This document shows, one piece after another, positions 1 to 13,989 of a stretch of DNA of 64,000 bases. Position numbers and translations under genes: made by a program. The notes beneath the pieces were generated by a model, which worked only from the letters and a program-made list of their open reading frames with translations, was not told the origin of the DNA and searched no databases. Source of the DNA: Raillietiella orientalis (Eukaryota); contig JAYWIR010000005.1 of NCBI GenBank assembly GCA_036172245.1, positions 4,464,001-4,528,000 on the forward strand. Reading direction: 5' to 3'. Positions within the stretch are counted from its first letter, which is position 1. Every line of letters begins with the position of its first letter.

Positions 1-3000
1 GGTCCCGTGCTCGTTCTCTGGAGCGAGGGCTTCAAAGCCCGGAAGCCGCATAAGACATTCGGTGCCCCGCGTAACCAACCGCACAGCCGCCAGAGCCGTG
101 GCGCACGCGCTTGTGTCCAGGTCGCGAATTTCCTGTGCACGGGATTTCCGAGGAGAGCGAGTCAGCTGCAGGTCGGTTTTTTTCTGCCTCTCGGGGACGC
201 CGAGCCCTTCCGGTTCTGCGGCCGCGGAAGTCCCGGTGCGCCACGCCAGCCAGCATCGAATCCCCGGATGGCCTTCGCCGCCCCAGACAGGATTTTCTCC
301 GCGGGTCGCTCGCCCAGGAGGAGGAAGCGCAGAGGGAAGGGTCGCACCCTCGTGTGAGGAGCCGCAGGGGTCCCGCGGAAACGCGAATCCAGGCATTCCG
401 ATCGGATGGCGCGCCTCCGTCTTTCTCCGGAAACGCCCTCGCGCTATCTGAAAAGCGTTTGCCGAGCCGCTGTGAGCCTCGTCGGACCGCTAGAGGGCAA
501 GGAGGGACCTGAGACACGTGGAGATTCCTGTTTCCTTGCCCCCCTCTCCCTACCTCCTTACATCATCCCTTCCCCGTTTTTTCACCGTAAGAAATGCAAG
601 CAGGGAAAGCTGCGTTTGTTCCCGAGAAGCGTGCATCGCGCGCGCGCAAGCGCGCGGGCCAAAATTCGATGCCTACCTGTTGTGACGTCACTGCAACGGA
701 ACCGAACGGCGCAAACGCGTCTGCGCGGCTGAAGGAAGGATGTGGAGGGGGGGGGGGGGGTGACGCTTCGCTATCCGCGAGGGAGCGTGCATTCCTGCGC
801 CTGCGCTATCTCCCGTTCGGCCGCCGTCGACTTCGCGGGATGGCGGGAAAACCTCACTGCTTGAATTCGCTTAAGGATGTTGCTGCTGCCGCCGCTGCTG
901 ACTGCGCCGAGGCGAGGGAGCGCCTGCCATCGGCTTCTCTTGGCTCCAATCGTGCGCCATAAGATGGAAGATGGGCCCCTGCCACCGGGTCCCAAGGTCG
1001 GACGCTTCTCCCGCCGTGGACTTCACCGTTCTCCGGTCAAATCCCTCACTCTGCAGACGAGGGGAGGGGGAAGAACCCGGTGCCGTGAAGGAAGCAAGGA
1101 AAGTCGGGAACCAGATACCTCGTAAGGATATTCCAGGGCACGTGCGCAGAACGCAGCGGCACACGCTGCGGGCCTGATGACTCGAAGACGCCATCGCGGG
1201 TTCCCCATGGAGTCCAAAAGCGGGATCGAAAAGGAAGTGCTCCGGGGAGTCCCCTCTCGCCTCGGTTGGTGGAGCGCGCGGTCCTGACCGGAGCTGCGAG
1301 GTCACCGGTTGTGCAGGCCGAGGTCACCGGGCCCATCCAGGGAAGTTGTCCGCAGCTCCGTGGGGCTCCGCCGCCACCTTCCTTCCGTCGTTGCCGTCCG
1401 AGAGGCAAAGCGGACCCGAGGATGGGGGGGGGTTCGCCTTGGCCTCATCCGTGGGTGGTCCATCCGGCGAAGCCCTCATTCCTTCTCGCCTTTCTCCCCT
1501 AGGTGCGTCGACTCCCGGCACAGTTGCCAAGTTCGACTCCTGCGCCGCCGTGCGGAGAAAAAGTGAACGAGGAGGGGAGAGAAGGAGCTCTGTGTCCGTT
1601 CTGCTGCTTCTGGCTGGTGGCAGTCTTCCTGACCTCTCTCTGAGGAGAACTGGAGACCGACGCAGAGGGGACTCGCAACCCTTTGGCACCCTCCGGGTGG
1701 AGCTTCTAGGCGAATCGCCCCCGTGCACGTCCGGAGGGGTCAAATCCGCCGCCGGAAAGCCCGCCCGAGCCACTGGCAGCACTGACGTAGAGGGCCGTTG
1801 ACCCCTCCCTGCTTACTCCCTCAGTGACCTCTCGTTCCCTCATGCCCTCCTTCGGTCAGTCGGTCGACCTCTCATCAAGGATTCGTGGCTCACTCCTGCG
1901 GCTCGTCGGGAGACGTGAGGGTTCTACCTGACCTTGGCTGAGGGCAGCAATCCGCCTATCTTCAGCGAATTCGCGTCGGCAGGGATGGTCGACTGGTCGG
2001 CCCCGTCGAAGGGCCTTCGCCAGCGGGGGAGGGAACAGGGCATGACCGTCTCGCCTTCTTGCCACAAGGTCGAGCGGGACGCTGAGAGAGGAAGAGACGC
2101 TCTCGGATCGTCGCCGCCGGGGGAGGCTTGGCGTGGCGAGTGGCGTCCGTCCGAGACGCAGGGAGCATCCTGTCGAGTGAGGGAAGTACATGAGAGTCCT
2201 TTGCCTTTCTGCACTTCCCAGCAGCGTCCTCCTTTGCCTAAGAGTGCTCCCTCCCCTCGTCAGGGGTCCGAATCCCTTCTTCGAATCAGCAGGCGGCTTT
2301 CCCACTCTCGCGGGTTGGTAACCTCTGCCCTCTTTGGAACGGGCGCGTACCTAATATCCCGCTCCCCCTCCACCTCTCAAGGGTTGGTGCAGACCGCATA
2401 CTTCCCAGCACGAGCTGGAACGCTCACGTTCCGGGTGCGGCTGCAGGGACCTGGACGCTCCTGGGTAGGAAGAGCCCTGATTTGGACGGGGCACACGGGC
2501 CCGTCCAGCTTGGCGATAGTGGGTGCTTCGCGCCCTCCACCGCCAAGCGGGCAGTGGAAGAAGATCTCGGTGTCATCTCTCTGGAGACCGCCAGGGAAAC
2601 GGCAGCGTAGGCGCCGCAGCCGCCACCCCTCTTTGTTGTCCTCACCGAAGAAGACCAGGAAAGGTAGCTCCGCGACCTTCCTCCTCTCCTCCTGTTTTCT
2701 TCCTCCTCTTGTTCTTTTTTTCCTCCTTTCTTCCTGATCCTCCTTCCTCTCTCCCTCTCTTCCTTTTACTCCCTTCCTACCCCCTTAGTACCGGCATGAG
2801 CGTTCGCTCATCCCAAGGCCGTTTGCTGCTGCCAGCGCCCGAGGTGGGGGTTCATTCGTCCACCGTTGCGCTCCAGAAGAGCTCCCGAAGCTGGGGGCTC
2901 TGGAACGCTGTCGAGGGCGCGACCGGGCCACAACAAGTCACATCCCTCGAAGGGGCTCCAGGTGCGTTCGTCCGTCTCTCCTGGGTGCATCCCGAGTTCT

Positions 3001-4759
3001 GGTGGCCTCGTGAGGCCGATAGACCGGAGGGAGAGGACCTCCCATGCAGTTCGCTGAGCACCTTCCCTCCAGCGACCTTCCCCTTTTTTTTCCGCGTCAG
3101 AAGCGCGGAGGTCGAGGTCGCAGGGAGAGGCATGCGTCCCTGGGAGGCGGGAAGAGCACTCTCCCCTTCCCCTTCTTTCCCGTGCATGGCGTAGGTCCCC
3201 TGCCTGCGATCTTTCCCCACCGAGCCCATCTCCTGCTGAGGCGGGAAAAGGGGGAGCTTGCGGAACGACGGGAGTCACGTGATCGGCGGGAGGGGGCGCG
3301 CGCGCCTTCGGACCGCCGCGGACCCTCCGCCGGGAATGGAGATGGGAGGGATTGACAAGGTCGTGCGTCTCAATCGAAAGGCGAGAGGAGGTGGCGAGAT
3401 GCTCCTGGCGCCGGAGAAGGGTTGGGAAGCGGGGGAGAAGGAAAGTGGGGAGAACGAGGATGCCGATGTGCCATCCGGTGCCCCGAGCCGCCCGGACGGT
3501 CCCATCGGTCTTCGTCCGGAGTGACGCCCGCAGACCTTGGGGACGGGATGTCCGCGGTCGCCCCATTATCGTCTCCTGTCATTGATGGATCGGGGAGCAA
3601 TTAGGTCCCCGACCCCAGCGATCGATCCCGCCGCGGCGGGCCCCCTCCAGGGCGGACCCACCTGAGTCGTGGACGTGAACGTGTGGTGGGGCTTTCGCCG
3701 GCCCGCGCGGGAGGCGGGCAGCGCGCAAACTCGCGAGAGCGAAGGGCAGCGAGCGAGGCCGGTGGGATCCGGAAAGGGGCGCGCTTTCTCCCTTTCGCTC
3801 CTTCGCAGCCTGCTTGGAGAACGGCCCTTCCGGTAGCCGGGCTCGGGCGGCAAGGACCACGGAGCAGTCGATCCACAGGATGCTTGAAGGGTCGAGCACC
3901 TCGTCGTCCTTCCTGATGCACCCGTGGGGAAATGCCTGAGGTCTTCCGCCACGGTGGCCCACTCCATGCCCCCCTTTTTCACTCGTCTCGGCCCCTCGAG
4001 GCTGGGTCGTATCGGCTCCTCCCTTCAGCGGCTGGAGGGACTGGCAGAAGGGCCGCTGCTGCCGCCACCGTCGTCTTCCCTTCGACGCAAGAGACCATCG
4101 CTGTGGCCCTCCGCTCGCCCGCGCAAGCCTCGTCGGGAGCTCTGATTTGAGGGGCCGCCGGAATGCTGGGAAATCGCCGCTCCTCGCCTCTGGTCGCCTC
4201 TTTCCTCCGGGAGGCACTCAGAACGAGGGCTCCAGAGGGTCTCGCCCTAGGGCAAAGGGATCAGCGGAGAGAGCGCGCAGAAGGACGCGAGCGGATCTCC
4301 AGGACTCGGTATGGGAGGAGGAGGGGTTTCCTGCCCTGCGGCGCCTTTCTAACGGTGCCGAGCGAGGGATGCTGCAGAAAGAGAGGGGAATCCAGGTGAA
4401 GCGGATCTCCTCCAGCCTCTCGGCGCGTTCCCAGGGGTACCCCGGGGGCCGCCTTCCGGGAGGGACAACTGCCCCTCTCCGGCCGGCGGCAAGCCGCCCG
4501 CCTTTTCGTAGGATCCCTCGGAGGCCCTTCTTAATCCGGTCATTTCCATGAGCCAAACGGGTTTTCCGGGATACCCGACGGACGGGCCCGCTCCTGGATA
4601 AAATATGGGCCCATCTTGAGCGAGAAGACAGCATCAGATAGCGGAGGCAAAGATTGAAAAGCGGGGAGGAGGAAACAAGCAACGACGCGGACCAAAGAAA
4701 AAAAAAGGCGGCAGGAGCGCTCGAGACTGAATGATTCCGCTCCTCCCCTCGCAAGTGCC

Positions 4760-6389
4760 GCGGGGAAGGATTTATGGAGTCCACTCGGACCAGCATCCAG
4801 AGGGAAACGACGCCGTCGATCCCGCCGGCCCGAGACGGCCGGGACCGCAGCCTCGCCGCTGCTCTCTTCGGCAGCTCTCGGGCGCCCTTCCGTCAGTGCC
4901 GCCACGTGCGTCGTCGCCGTTTTCTGAGGGAGGTGCTCCTGCGGGACTCGGCCCGTTCGGTCTGCAACCCTGCCTGCAGCATCCATCGGTCTGCACCTTC
5001 GCCCTCGGCTCGCTTTCGCGGAGGTATCTGCGATGCCCGGTCTTCGAGATTGACTTCCGGCTCCCTGGGGTGACGTCAGCGCTCTTGAGGGCTCTCCCCT
5101 GCCTCTTGCTCGCGGCCAGACGGGGACGGGAGGCTTCACGGGACAGGCTGATCATGGGGATCTTGGAGATCGCACGTGTGCGCCCCTGGGATGAGTTCCT
5201 GTGATCTCGGGAGTGGGCGCCATAGGTCAATCCTTGCTTCCTTGGGGCTCTTGGCTGCTGCCGGGCGGGTTACCGCCCCCGTCTCCGCCCCGTTTTTCCT
5301 TCTCCCTCCTCCCCAAAGCTCCCGAAAGATGGGTGGGCAGGAAAGGGGAGCGAGTATGAAAGGCACGTCCTATGGCTACTCGTGACCGTGGCAGCCCTTA
5401 CGTGCTCCCGACGCGAGCGCAGGCATCGCTGCAATGGGAACCCCGTCACCCATTCCCTCTCCTCTTCCTAACGCAAGCACCCCGGTGAGAACTTTCCTCT
5501 CCTCCTTCCCGCAGATGAGTCCTCCCGGAGGAGCAACTTTGACTTCCGATCTCCTGGGAGGGCCGCAGCCACCGAGGACGACATCGTCTCTTCCTCCCGG
5601 GATGGACGGACCGTCCCCGTCTGGATCCTGTGGTTTCCGCGGAACTCGCGGCAGCATTGGGTGGGGCGCGGCCTAGGGAGCGATTCCCTTCCTCCCTCTC
5701 TCTCTGATTACTTCCATCTCCCTCACCTCGGAGCCACGAGGAGTGGAGAGAGGGAGGGCGCTTTCTCGGGTTCATTTCTGCCGGCGGCAGGCGTCCGGGA
5801 GAGGTCGGGGATGGGGGGGAAGAGGAGGAGAGGAATTCCGTAACCGAGCAACGCGAGGCGGTATCAAGCCGGAGATCCTCCTGAATCAACGTCTATTTTT
5901 AGCAAACGGAGAGGAAGAGCTCTTTTTTTTTTGCAAGGGGGGGGGGGGGTCGTACTCTCCTGCAGCGGTGTCTGGAACCCCGTCGAGTCGGTCCGACCTG
6001 GTCGATGGCAGGCAAGAGGGCATTTGGCAGGCAGAATTGGCAGCGCCTCAGGCTCTGGAGGACCCTCCACATGCCAAGGACACTTCCCCCTCGCTCTTAG
6101 TGACGTGGGGCAAGTAGTGTCAGAGACGTGCCAGGGAGGGAGGTCAGTGTCTTGGTCTTGGTGCGGGAGGTGAGCGGTGTCAGCACCTCGCTTGCCGGCC
6201 GGAGGACAGAAGACGGACGAGCGACCGTCTCCGGGGCCGTCGCTAAAGGCGTCAGAGCACGGAGCCGCGGCCGCTGGCGCCCATCCCTGCACCGCGCGCT
6301 CTACTGGAGCGGACGCTCTCATGTGCTGCAGCAAGGTGCGACCTTATCCCGTCACGAAAATGCCCTTCAGGGTCTCCGGGTCCTTCTGA
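4760..6389 (+). pseudogene. Highly degenerate RLK/Pelle-type kinase-domain remnant
   Basis: Motif-like fragments occur in kinase order across frames. ORF 5176-5385 has DLGSGRHRSILASLG (cf. LGxxRHRNLVxLLG). ORF 5743-6117 has GGIKPEILLN (cf. RDIKPENILL), then SSRSDL..GIWQAEL...LLVTW (cf. KSDVYSFGVVLLEL...LVxW). ORF 6177-6389 has ALMCCSKVRP (cf. ALxC....RP). No intact HRD/DFG. By-eye comparison; boundaries approximate. Confidence 0.35.
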
Positions 6390-8269
6390 CTCCCGGTCGC
6401 CCTCGCAGTGCCTTCGGACGGCTTCGTCGGCGCACTCGCTTGAAGGGAGCGGAAGGGAGGGACGTTTCTTCCTCAGAGAGTCCGGGCCGGACCGCGAGGG
6501 CATCGACATCGCTATCGAGGGACCCCGAATCGGGGCCGGCTGGGGCTAGAGAGAGATGCTCTGAGCAGCAGGGAGTTGCTGGGGGAAGCATCCGTTTCTG
6601 AGGAGGAAGGGAAGAGGAGGGCAACAGGCCTCCTACGTTGGGATGAGGGGGGGTCAGGTCTCCCCTCGCAGGGCATTTCCAGGGACTAGGACCGCAAGAG
6701 GGGAGGAGCACAGGGTCAGCAGCGAGAGCCCTCGAGTCAAAGCATGGGAGGAAGAGCGGGAGAGGGGAGGAGGATGCTGTACCCGGAAGGCGGGGCAAAG
6801 GGCTCTCCGGAGGCAGGATGGCGGGCCACCTATCCCTCTCACGCGCGAGCGGCGTCGGGAGAGTCCCTGACGTCTTCATCGTGCGCGCACCTTCTGGCCG
6901 GGATGGAGACGGCTCGGCAGGCTGGGATGCCTCGCCGGTAGAAGCTGAGCGCGCAGCCTCTCCCTCCGTGCGACCGGAGAGCGCAGGGGGAGCGCAGTGA
7001 TTGAGGGATGCCAGCCAGAAACCCCGAGAAAGACGGTGATTTGGAGCACCCAGGGCATGCAATCTTCAGCTTCTGGACCGCGCGCGGACCGCAATTACCT
7101 TGACAGCGGCTCCTCGCTCGTTAACTTGGAAAACATGCGGCGGCCATTTTGGGTGAATGAGAGAGAAGGAAGAGGGACGGGTCGATACGCACGCGCGCTG
7201 GAGGCGGGGAAACGCTCCGTGACTTTACTCACCGGCGGCGCAGACTCCCGAACTCCGGGATGAACTGGAGGCCGACCCTCCTCCCCTCCATTCGCCGCAT
7301 CGCGTCGCTGTAGCCGCCTCTCCCTCGCGTGCCCCGGTCTCCCAGGCCGATCCCGAGTGCTCTTCGGCTCGCTCCTTCTTCCCGGAGTCTTCTTCGGGAA
7401 CTCGAAGATGCCCCGCCCGTCCTCGTCGGGCTGGAACGGGGCGCGTTTCCCGCAAGTCCCCTTCGAAGGTGCCTCCGAACGGAGTCGTTCCCGGATCCCA
7501 GTCGCCCGTTCCTTCGGAGCCATCACTCCCCTCTGTTTCTCAAACTCGACCCTTTGCCAGCCCCGAATGCGTCCTCCCCTCCTTTCCTCGGTCATTACCT
7601 CAGCATCGAGCGTCTCTCTCCTTCCCCGACCCCATCCCCACTCTTTTCATCTCTCCCCTCCTTGCTTGTCCCACCACCGCCACTTCCGGCGGAACGCGGA
7701 GACCCTGAGGAAAGAATCAGGAGGCTGGAGGACTGTCAATGCAGAAATCCGTGAACCCAGAGCCCGACCACATCCTTTCGAGTAGGGAGGTCGCCTTGGG
7801 AGAATGCAGGGTTAGTGGCGGAGCTGTTCGCAATTGACTCACAAGCCGCAGGGACGCGCCGCGATAACCTCTATTGCTGCCTGGAGGACCTCAACTCTTG
7901 GTTGGGTCCGCTGCACCTTCCTATTGAGCCTTTCCTGTTGGGAGAGAAGTGGAGTGACCTCAAACGACTGCTACACCCACCACCCCTGGAAGGCTGCTCG
8001 CAGCTGCCGACTCGAGAGCCAAAGTGACCTGAGGTCACCTTCTGCCTCCTCCCGTCTCTTGAACTCTCCATCGTCCCTCGAAGGCCCTCGGAGCAGCATC
8101 AGGGACTGCAGAACCGCCGCTCTCACAACCCTGCCTCCGGAACCTTCTTCGGTCAGCTGCCCTCCTCGAGAGTTCCCGGCTTATTGAGAGCGCCTTCCCT
8201 ACGGATCACCAAGGGTTACCAACGAATCCTTTGTGCGGTGCCTCTTTGACATCACAGCCCGTAGAGAGC

Positions 8270-9578
8270 GGGGACAAGAGAGTAACCTCAGTGGCTCTGG
8301 ATAGCTTCTCTCTTCGCTCGCAGAGGACATCTGCTCAAGGGGAACGGACCGATTCGTCTTGGAGTCGGAACTAGGAATCTTCCAGCTACCTCGGATGTCC
8401 TCCGTAGACCTCTCCGGATAGAGGAGACTCCCGCAAGCCCAGTGACCGTCGAGACCTGCCAATTCGAAAGGCGATTGACTCTGAGCTGTGTGGCTAGCGG
8501 CTTCTGGATGCAGCCGTCTGGACCTCCGGCGCGCTACGAAGCAGAAGAGTATAAGCTCTTTTCCAGAACACCGTGATGGACCAATTCTTCCCAGGAACAC
8601 GCTTGCGAAAAGAATGGAGCGAGGGGAGAGAATGGGCAATTAGGTAGGGTGACCACGTAAAAGGTGGCTTCTGCTCCGATGGGCACCGACTGAAAGCACG
8701 AAGATTGCAGTGAGCAGCATCCGCGCCACGAGTCTTTGAGGAAGAAGCAAAAAACACATGCAGTTTTTCCTTCTTTCTGCTTTTTTCTCCCTGCCAGTCT
8801 CCGCTCCCCTCGGTGCCTCAACCCGTGAGGTGGTTTGCACATTCGCGGTCGCCCCCTGCCGGCAGGGAATCGCTTCTGATTCCTACCAGAGACGAACTCA
8901 TCTTCCTCACAGATGCTTTCCGGATTCTGTCATTCTTCCGCGTCCGGTGCCGGGACGCCCTTCCGTTGTGGATCCGAATCTTTGTGGCACCGTTTCTTTC
9001 ACCGCTTCTTGGCAGGGATCAAACCGGAGCCGTAAGGAGAACTGGTGCACCCCTTGCTGGGACGAGTCGATCCCTGGATTCGTCCCTGAGCTCCGTAGGT
9101 AACCAGGAAAGTGGGACCTGCCGAGTGACGGAAGGAACCTCAGTCCGCCTCTGGGACAAATGGCTTCTTCCGTCCCAGGAGCATCATACCAGGACCGCTA
9201 ATTACCGGCGATGGGGCCCGCTAGTCGGTAGACTGACTGCGCTGGCGAATCAGCGCCACGCAGCAGCGGCAACCTTGGAAACGGGGATCGTCAAAGACGG
9301 AGGCGGCGGCAGAGACTCCGGATGTGTTCAGGAGGACTCTTCCTCTGATGTTACTCTTCCTTGCCGGGTTTTCTAGGGTTGCACCTGGAGCGAGAGGGTC
9401 GGCCCTGAAACGGAGGATTCCCACCCACGTCGGCGAATGCGGGCGCAACACTCTAAGCTACGGGAGCGCCATTCTCTTCCTGGAGGAGTGCACGGTTCTC
9501 CTCCGTGTGATGTCGATTCCGCCTCTCCTGAAAGGAGGCAGCGGCTCCGTCGATTTGTCAAACGGATCTGTGGACTAG
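8270..9578 (+). pseudogene. Degenerate plant-type LRR ectodomain remnant
   Basis: RVTSVALDSFSL near 8280 resembles the LRR N-cap/first repeat. SELGIFQLPRMSSVDLSG* lies at about 8365-8421. ORF 9324-9578 has RIPTHVGEC, SIPPLL and VDLSN. These match parts of LxxLxLSxNxLxGxIPxxLG but are broken by stops and frameshifts. Confidence 0.4.
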
Positions 9579-11637
9579 AGCTTTTGATCGGGGACTGTTG
9601 ACCCGTCACAGAATGCGAGGGTTCTTTGTGCGGAGGTCTCTTCCCTTTTAACGCGCGCGCAGAGATGATTTATCTCCGGCGCTTCGCGATTAGCGGCCCG
9701 GACAGCGAGGACTCATCTTCCCCATTCACGTCTCGAAGGCGAGAAGACCAGGCGTTGTCATCGCGCACGAGATGTCTTCCTTCTGACGGTCGCACTCTGT
9801 AGGAGGACCAATCGTGGGCGGCTCGCTGCTGCTGGATGAGGGAGCGACTTCCTGCTTTGGAGGCGGGTCGGGAATGCAAGCAAACGCGGGCTCCTGCAAA
9901 AGAGGAGATCGCGAAAGTTTTTTTTCCCCTCTCCTCCCCGACAGCTCCTGTGGTTTCCAGGGGGCAGCAGCAGCTGGCAGTGGCATCCGCCCTCCTTCTT
10001 GGAATCGACTAAGTCACGCTCGATGACCACTCGCACCACTGAAATCTACCTGGAGAGCTTGCTGCTACCACCAAGATCTGCGGCGGCAATGGCTGCGGCT
10101 TCAGCTCAGAATGAGGTCAAACTCTCCTGCGCACACCATCGCGACCTTCCTTGGGACGGAGTCTGCCGTCCTCCGATGCCGGAACACGTCTAAGGGCGGA
10201 AGCCTTCCTGTCCTGGCGGTTGGGCTCTCGGTGGTCCGAGCATCTCCAGGACTATCTGCCTCGGATTCGGGCTTCCGTGGCCACCGTTCCTCTAGAGCGT
10301 TCCTGGGCCAGGGATGCTTCGGGATGAGGGTGTTTTCCGAGCGCGTTCTTGCAAGGAGCTCCCGAGCGAGGGCTGCCTTCCGGCCGGAAGACGGAAAGTG
10401 GCTCTCCGCGGCTGCACGCACGCTTAAGAGAGTGGCAGCTGCTCGTATCATTTTCTCTTTGCTGTCTTCTTGCACGCTCTCCCTGTCTTGGGCGCGTTCC
10501 TCGCCACCTCCCACTCTTTTCGCCCCCGGGTTCCTCCCCAAGGAACTGCTTCTTCGGCTCCTTTGGCAGGCAGATACCGGAGCTTCCAGGACTGCCAGAA
10601 GCCACGAGGGAGGTGCCGGACACCGGACGCCATAGAAAATGGCTTTCGCGAGAGTCTCGTCAGGAGATGGCAGGTCGATCGCGGATTCTCCTAAAGCGGA
10701 AAGGGGAGGGGGAGGAGGCATATTTTGGGATCCGGGAGAAGGGAGGAGAGGGTCCGTAGCGAAGTGAATCATGGGGTGGCAGGAGCTGGGAACACCCGGA
10801 AAGCACACGGAGAGGGACCGGCTGTTCCCAAGGATACCTCCGGTTCCGCTGGTCCCGCCGACGGTGGCGCCGCGCCGAGGGTTGATCCTCCTCCCCCCCT
10901 TCCCCTCCCCCGCGAGATGCATCCGAGCTACCCGAGCCCGCCAGTGAGCTGCCTCCGAGTCTGGTGAGCGGCGGGAGAGCAGGGTGGCTTCGAGCCGCAA
11001 CGATCTGGAGAGACCAAAGACGGGGTTAAACGAATGGGGACGAATTCTGCGTTCCTCGTGCGGGCACCGCGCGCGCACCTGACGCACTGCCACTCCGTAT
11101 CCGACCGTGGTGCAGGTAAGAGAACGCAGGGGAGCAAGGGAAGGGGCGGTGGCTCTTTCCCGCTCCTTCCTTCCCCTCGGCCCGGTCTCCCGGCTGTTCA
11201 CCTTCAGTCCGCGGTTCACACGCGGCACCCCTGCCACGTGCACGATCTTTGAACCCGGCGAGCGGAGTGGCTTAGCGAGAATCCGGCCGTTTCTCATCTC
11301 TGCTTGGTTCGTGCCTTCCCGGGGACTAGCGTTCATCATTCCTGCCGCTCCAGGAAAACGCGAGACTTTCGCGTCTCTCGTGGATCCTCAGCATCCGGGA
11401 GCAGCCCGTCTGCTGCGCCGAAGCTCTGCGAAGCCGAGCGAGTGCAGGAAGGGACGCGTGCGGAATGCTCCAGAGGAGGGAAAGGAAGGAAGACGTTTCG
11501 CGGGTGCAAGCATTCCTTCGGGAAGCGTTCGCTTGCAGAGTCAGCTTCCCGTTTGGCAAGTCAGGGCGGAGGGAGGGTTTTTTACCTGGTGACGCCGGGA
11601 CATCTGTTTAAAAAACACACCACAAGTCAGAGGAGGC

Positions 11638-12671
11638 GGCGTCCCCTGAATACAAGAGATGCCAAAACAAAAAAAAGTCCATTGAGGGTGACTACCAGCA
11701 CGCAGGCCGACATCCAGAAAAGCAAGGAACGGAGGGAGGGGGCAATAAATAAATGAAAAAAAGGGCGGGAGGGGAGGAACAAGGGTCTTTGGTTTTTCTT
11801 CGTCCCTTTCTTCCTACAAGCGGCAGCGGATGGTGGCGATCTCGCCGATTACGTCCTCTGGAAGATGGGGCCACCTTGTAGCTGCCCTTATGAAGGCGGC
11901 TGCCATGCTGGCGGCCTCCTTTCGCTGCGGACGAGACTCCGGCACGTGGCGGACTGTCGCCATGGCACGGGTGCAGCCAACGGTTGCGATCGCAGAGTCC
12001 GTCCTCAGCCGGCCTCGAGTGGAGGAGCGCTGCAGCACGCCCGAGGCGGACGGGTCCTGCCATCCACAGAGCGAGGAGCTGCCACGTGTCACTCCAGGTC
12101 ACCGCAGTCCCGCAGGAGGAGCGGAAACGATCCCATCGCCCCGCTCGCGGAACAGCTCGGGAAGGCAACTCCCCCGGAAACCGGGTGCCTGCGCCGGTCG
12201 CACCGGAATCCCCAGTGCAGAAACGGCAAGGCGTCCCGTTTTTAACGGAGCGGGATCACGGAGGTGTTCGCTCACAGGGGAGTGACCACGAGTTCTTCGG
12301 GGGGCACGCCGAGCGGCTCGCTCCTCCACCGAAGAAGTCCATTGGCCCGGAGGCGAGGAGTGGTGCCGTCCACCAACGCGCTCGTCCTACAGCCGTCCAA
12401 AAGTTCCTGACTCCTGCCATTTTTCAAGACAACTCCCACCCCGCAGGTCGGCTACTGTCACTGCTTTCCTCGAGAGCAGGCAGTGCTGCGGCGAGGGGCG
12501 ATGCGGCCATCCGGGATCGCTGCGCCCAGTCTTGCAGGAGATCTCCCAGAGGATTCCGCAGGAGATTCTGCAGCGGTCGCAAGCGGTTCCCCTGGGCGCA
12601 CTTTCGAAGCATGACTCCATCATCTCCTGCCTCCAGGCATTTCAGTTTTGGGGGCGGCAGGAGACCCACGG
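11638..12671 (+). repeat. Left arm of a 1,034-bp inverted duplication (partner 50363-51396)
   Basis: Position x pairs with 63034-x. ORF translations are identical between copies in several frames on both strands (11692-12168/50866-51342, 11830-12285/50749-51204, 12424-12669/50365-50610). I checked the ends base by base. Diverged homology extends out to about 11567 and 12683. Confidence 0.97.
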
Positions 12672-13989
12672 TTAAGCTACCAGAAGTGAGGACGCTGCCT
12701 CAGGGGGATAGCGAAGAGAAGGGGAGCTCTGTTTTCTCTTTTCGAAGCTTTCGGTCGGAAGCGCTGCCGTCACCTCAGTGCCGCGCCGAGGCGCTCCGCT
12801 CGACAGCAGCCGCACGTCCTGTGCCTTCCTTCGTCGTCCGGGACCACCTGATTCATCAACCCGCTTTTTGGGGAAGAACCCTGGGCGCGATGCAGGAGGT
12901 GTGTTTCCTCGGTCCGGGGCGCGGTGGATTAGTAGGGGTTGCTTCCACTCCTCCGTCCGACCGAACCAGCGGGAGCCTCGTGTCCACGGAAACGAGCTGG
13001 AGGATCGAACCTCCATCTGCGGGCTCGGAGACGCGCTCCCTGGCCACTCTTTCCGGTCCACGATGAAGGCAGTCCGGTCTCGGGTGTGGCCGACACGCGC
13101 CTCCGTGGCTTCGAGGCGGAGGGAGGCGGAAACCCCACCGTCGCGCGAAGAGACACCGCAGCCCAATGCCCCTTCCTCCGGGGCACCTCTTCTTTGGGAG
13201 CAGCAGGGGGGCCGCCTTCGGAAGGTTTGCTAACGGCTTTCGAGGGCACCTGCAGACCAGCAGCAGCAGGCGCGGAAAGGATGCCGCCTCCCGCGTCTGG
13301 GTTTCCTTGGAGTCGCCACTCTCCTCGAACCCGCTCGATATTCGGTTTTACGGCGCCACGGCGACGAGCGCAAAAGGGTCGTCCTCCCTCTCCTCTGGAA
13401 CCGGGGAATCGGCCCCGGCCGGTGTCTGCGTGCACGGGGAAGGGCGGAGCCCTGCGACCATCACCTCCTGCCCGCTCTCTGTTGAAGCGACGGCCTGCTG
13501 CCGCCACCCTCGCAGGCTCTCTCGACGAAGGTGGGAGGAGAGGGGGGGAGGCGCAGCAACGCTTGTTCCGTGTCGATCGCCTGGAGGGGAGGAAAGCTGC
13601 GACCGACGAAGAAAGGCGTGGTGTGTGCCTGCGCGCGGACCTCGGGAGATGCTTGCGAAGGGAGAAGGGGCGATTCCGGCGTGTCGCTGTGGGAACGAGG
13701 GGGCAAAGGGCAAGTCTGGAGGAGGCGTGCAAGGGGGGGAGGAGAAGAGGTTTGGGTTCGAAGTGATGGCGAGGTTGACGCGCTTCTTCTTCCATCTCTC
13801 TCTGTTCCGTCTACCAGAGGCGATGTTTTCGTTTTCCTGGAAGGAAGGGTGAAAGCATGGGAGAGAAGAGGTTGGGAAGAGGCTCTCACTCCGGTGACTC
13901 CCTCCTGGAAGCTCTGCGATTCGAAAGCAAAGCTCCAGGACAAATGAGCCCGATGGATGTCATGGAGAGTTCACCCAGTTCCTTGCAGG

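Noticed and set aside
10101..11339. Longest ORF (412 aa, -) and other long ORFs (11984-13066, 19801-20763, 19946-21073, 25870-26793, 32253-33200, 61839-62792)
   Set aside because: They are R/S/P/G/A-rich, overlap in many frames, run through homopolymers and show no recognisable domain. This is what high GC produces by chance.
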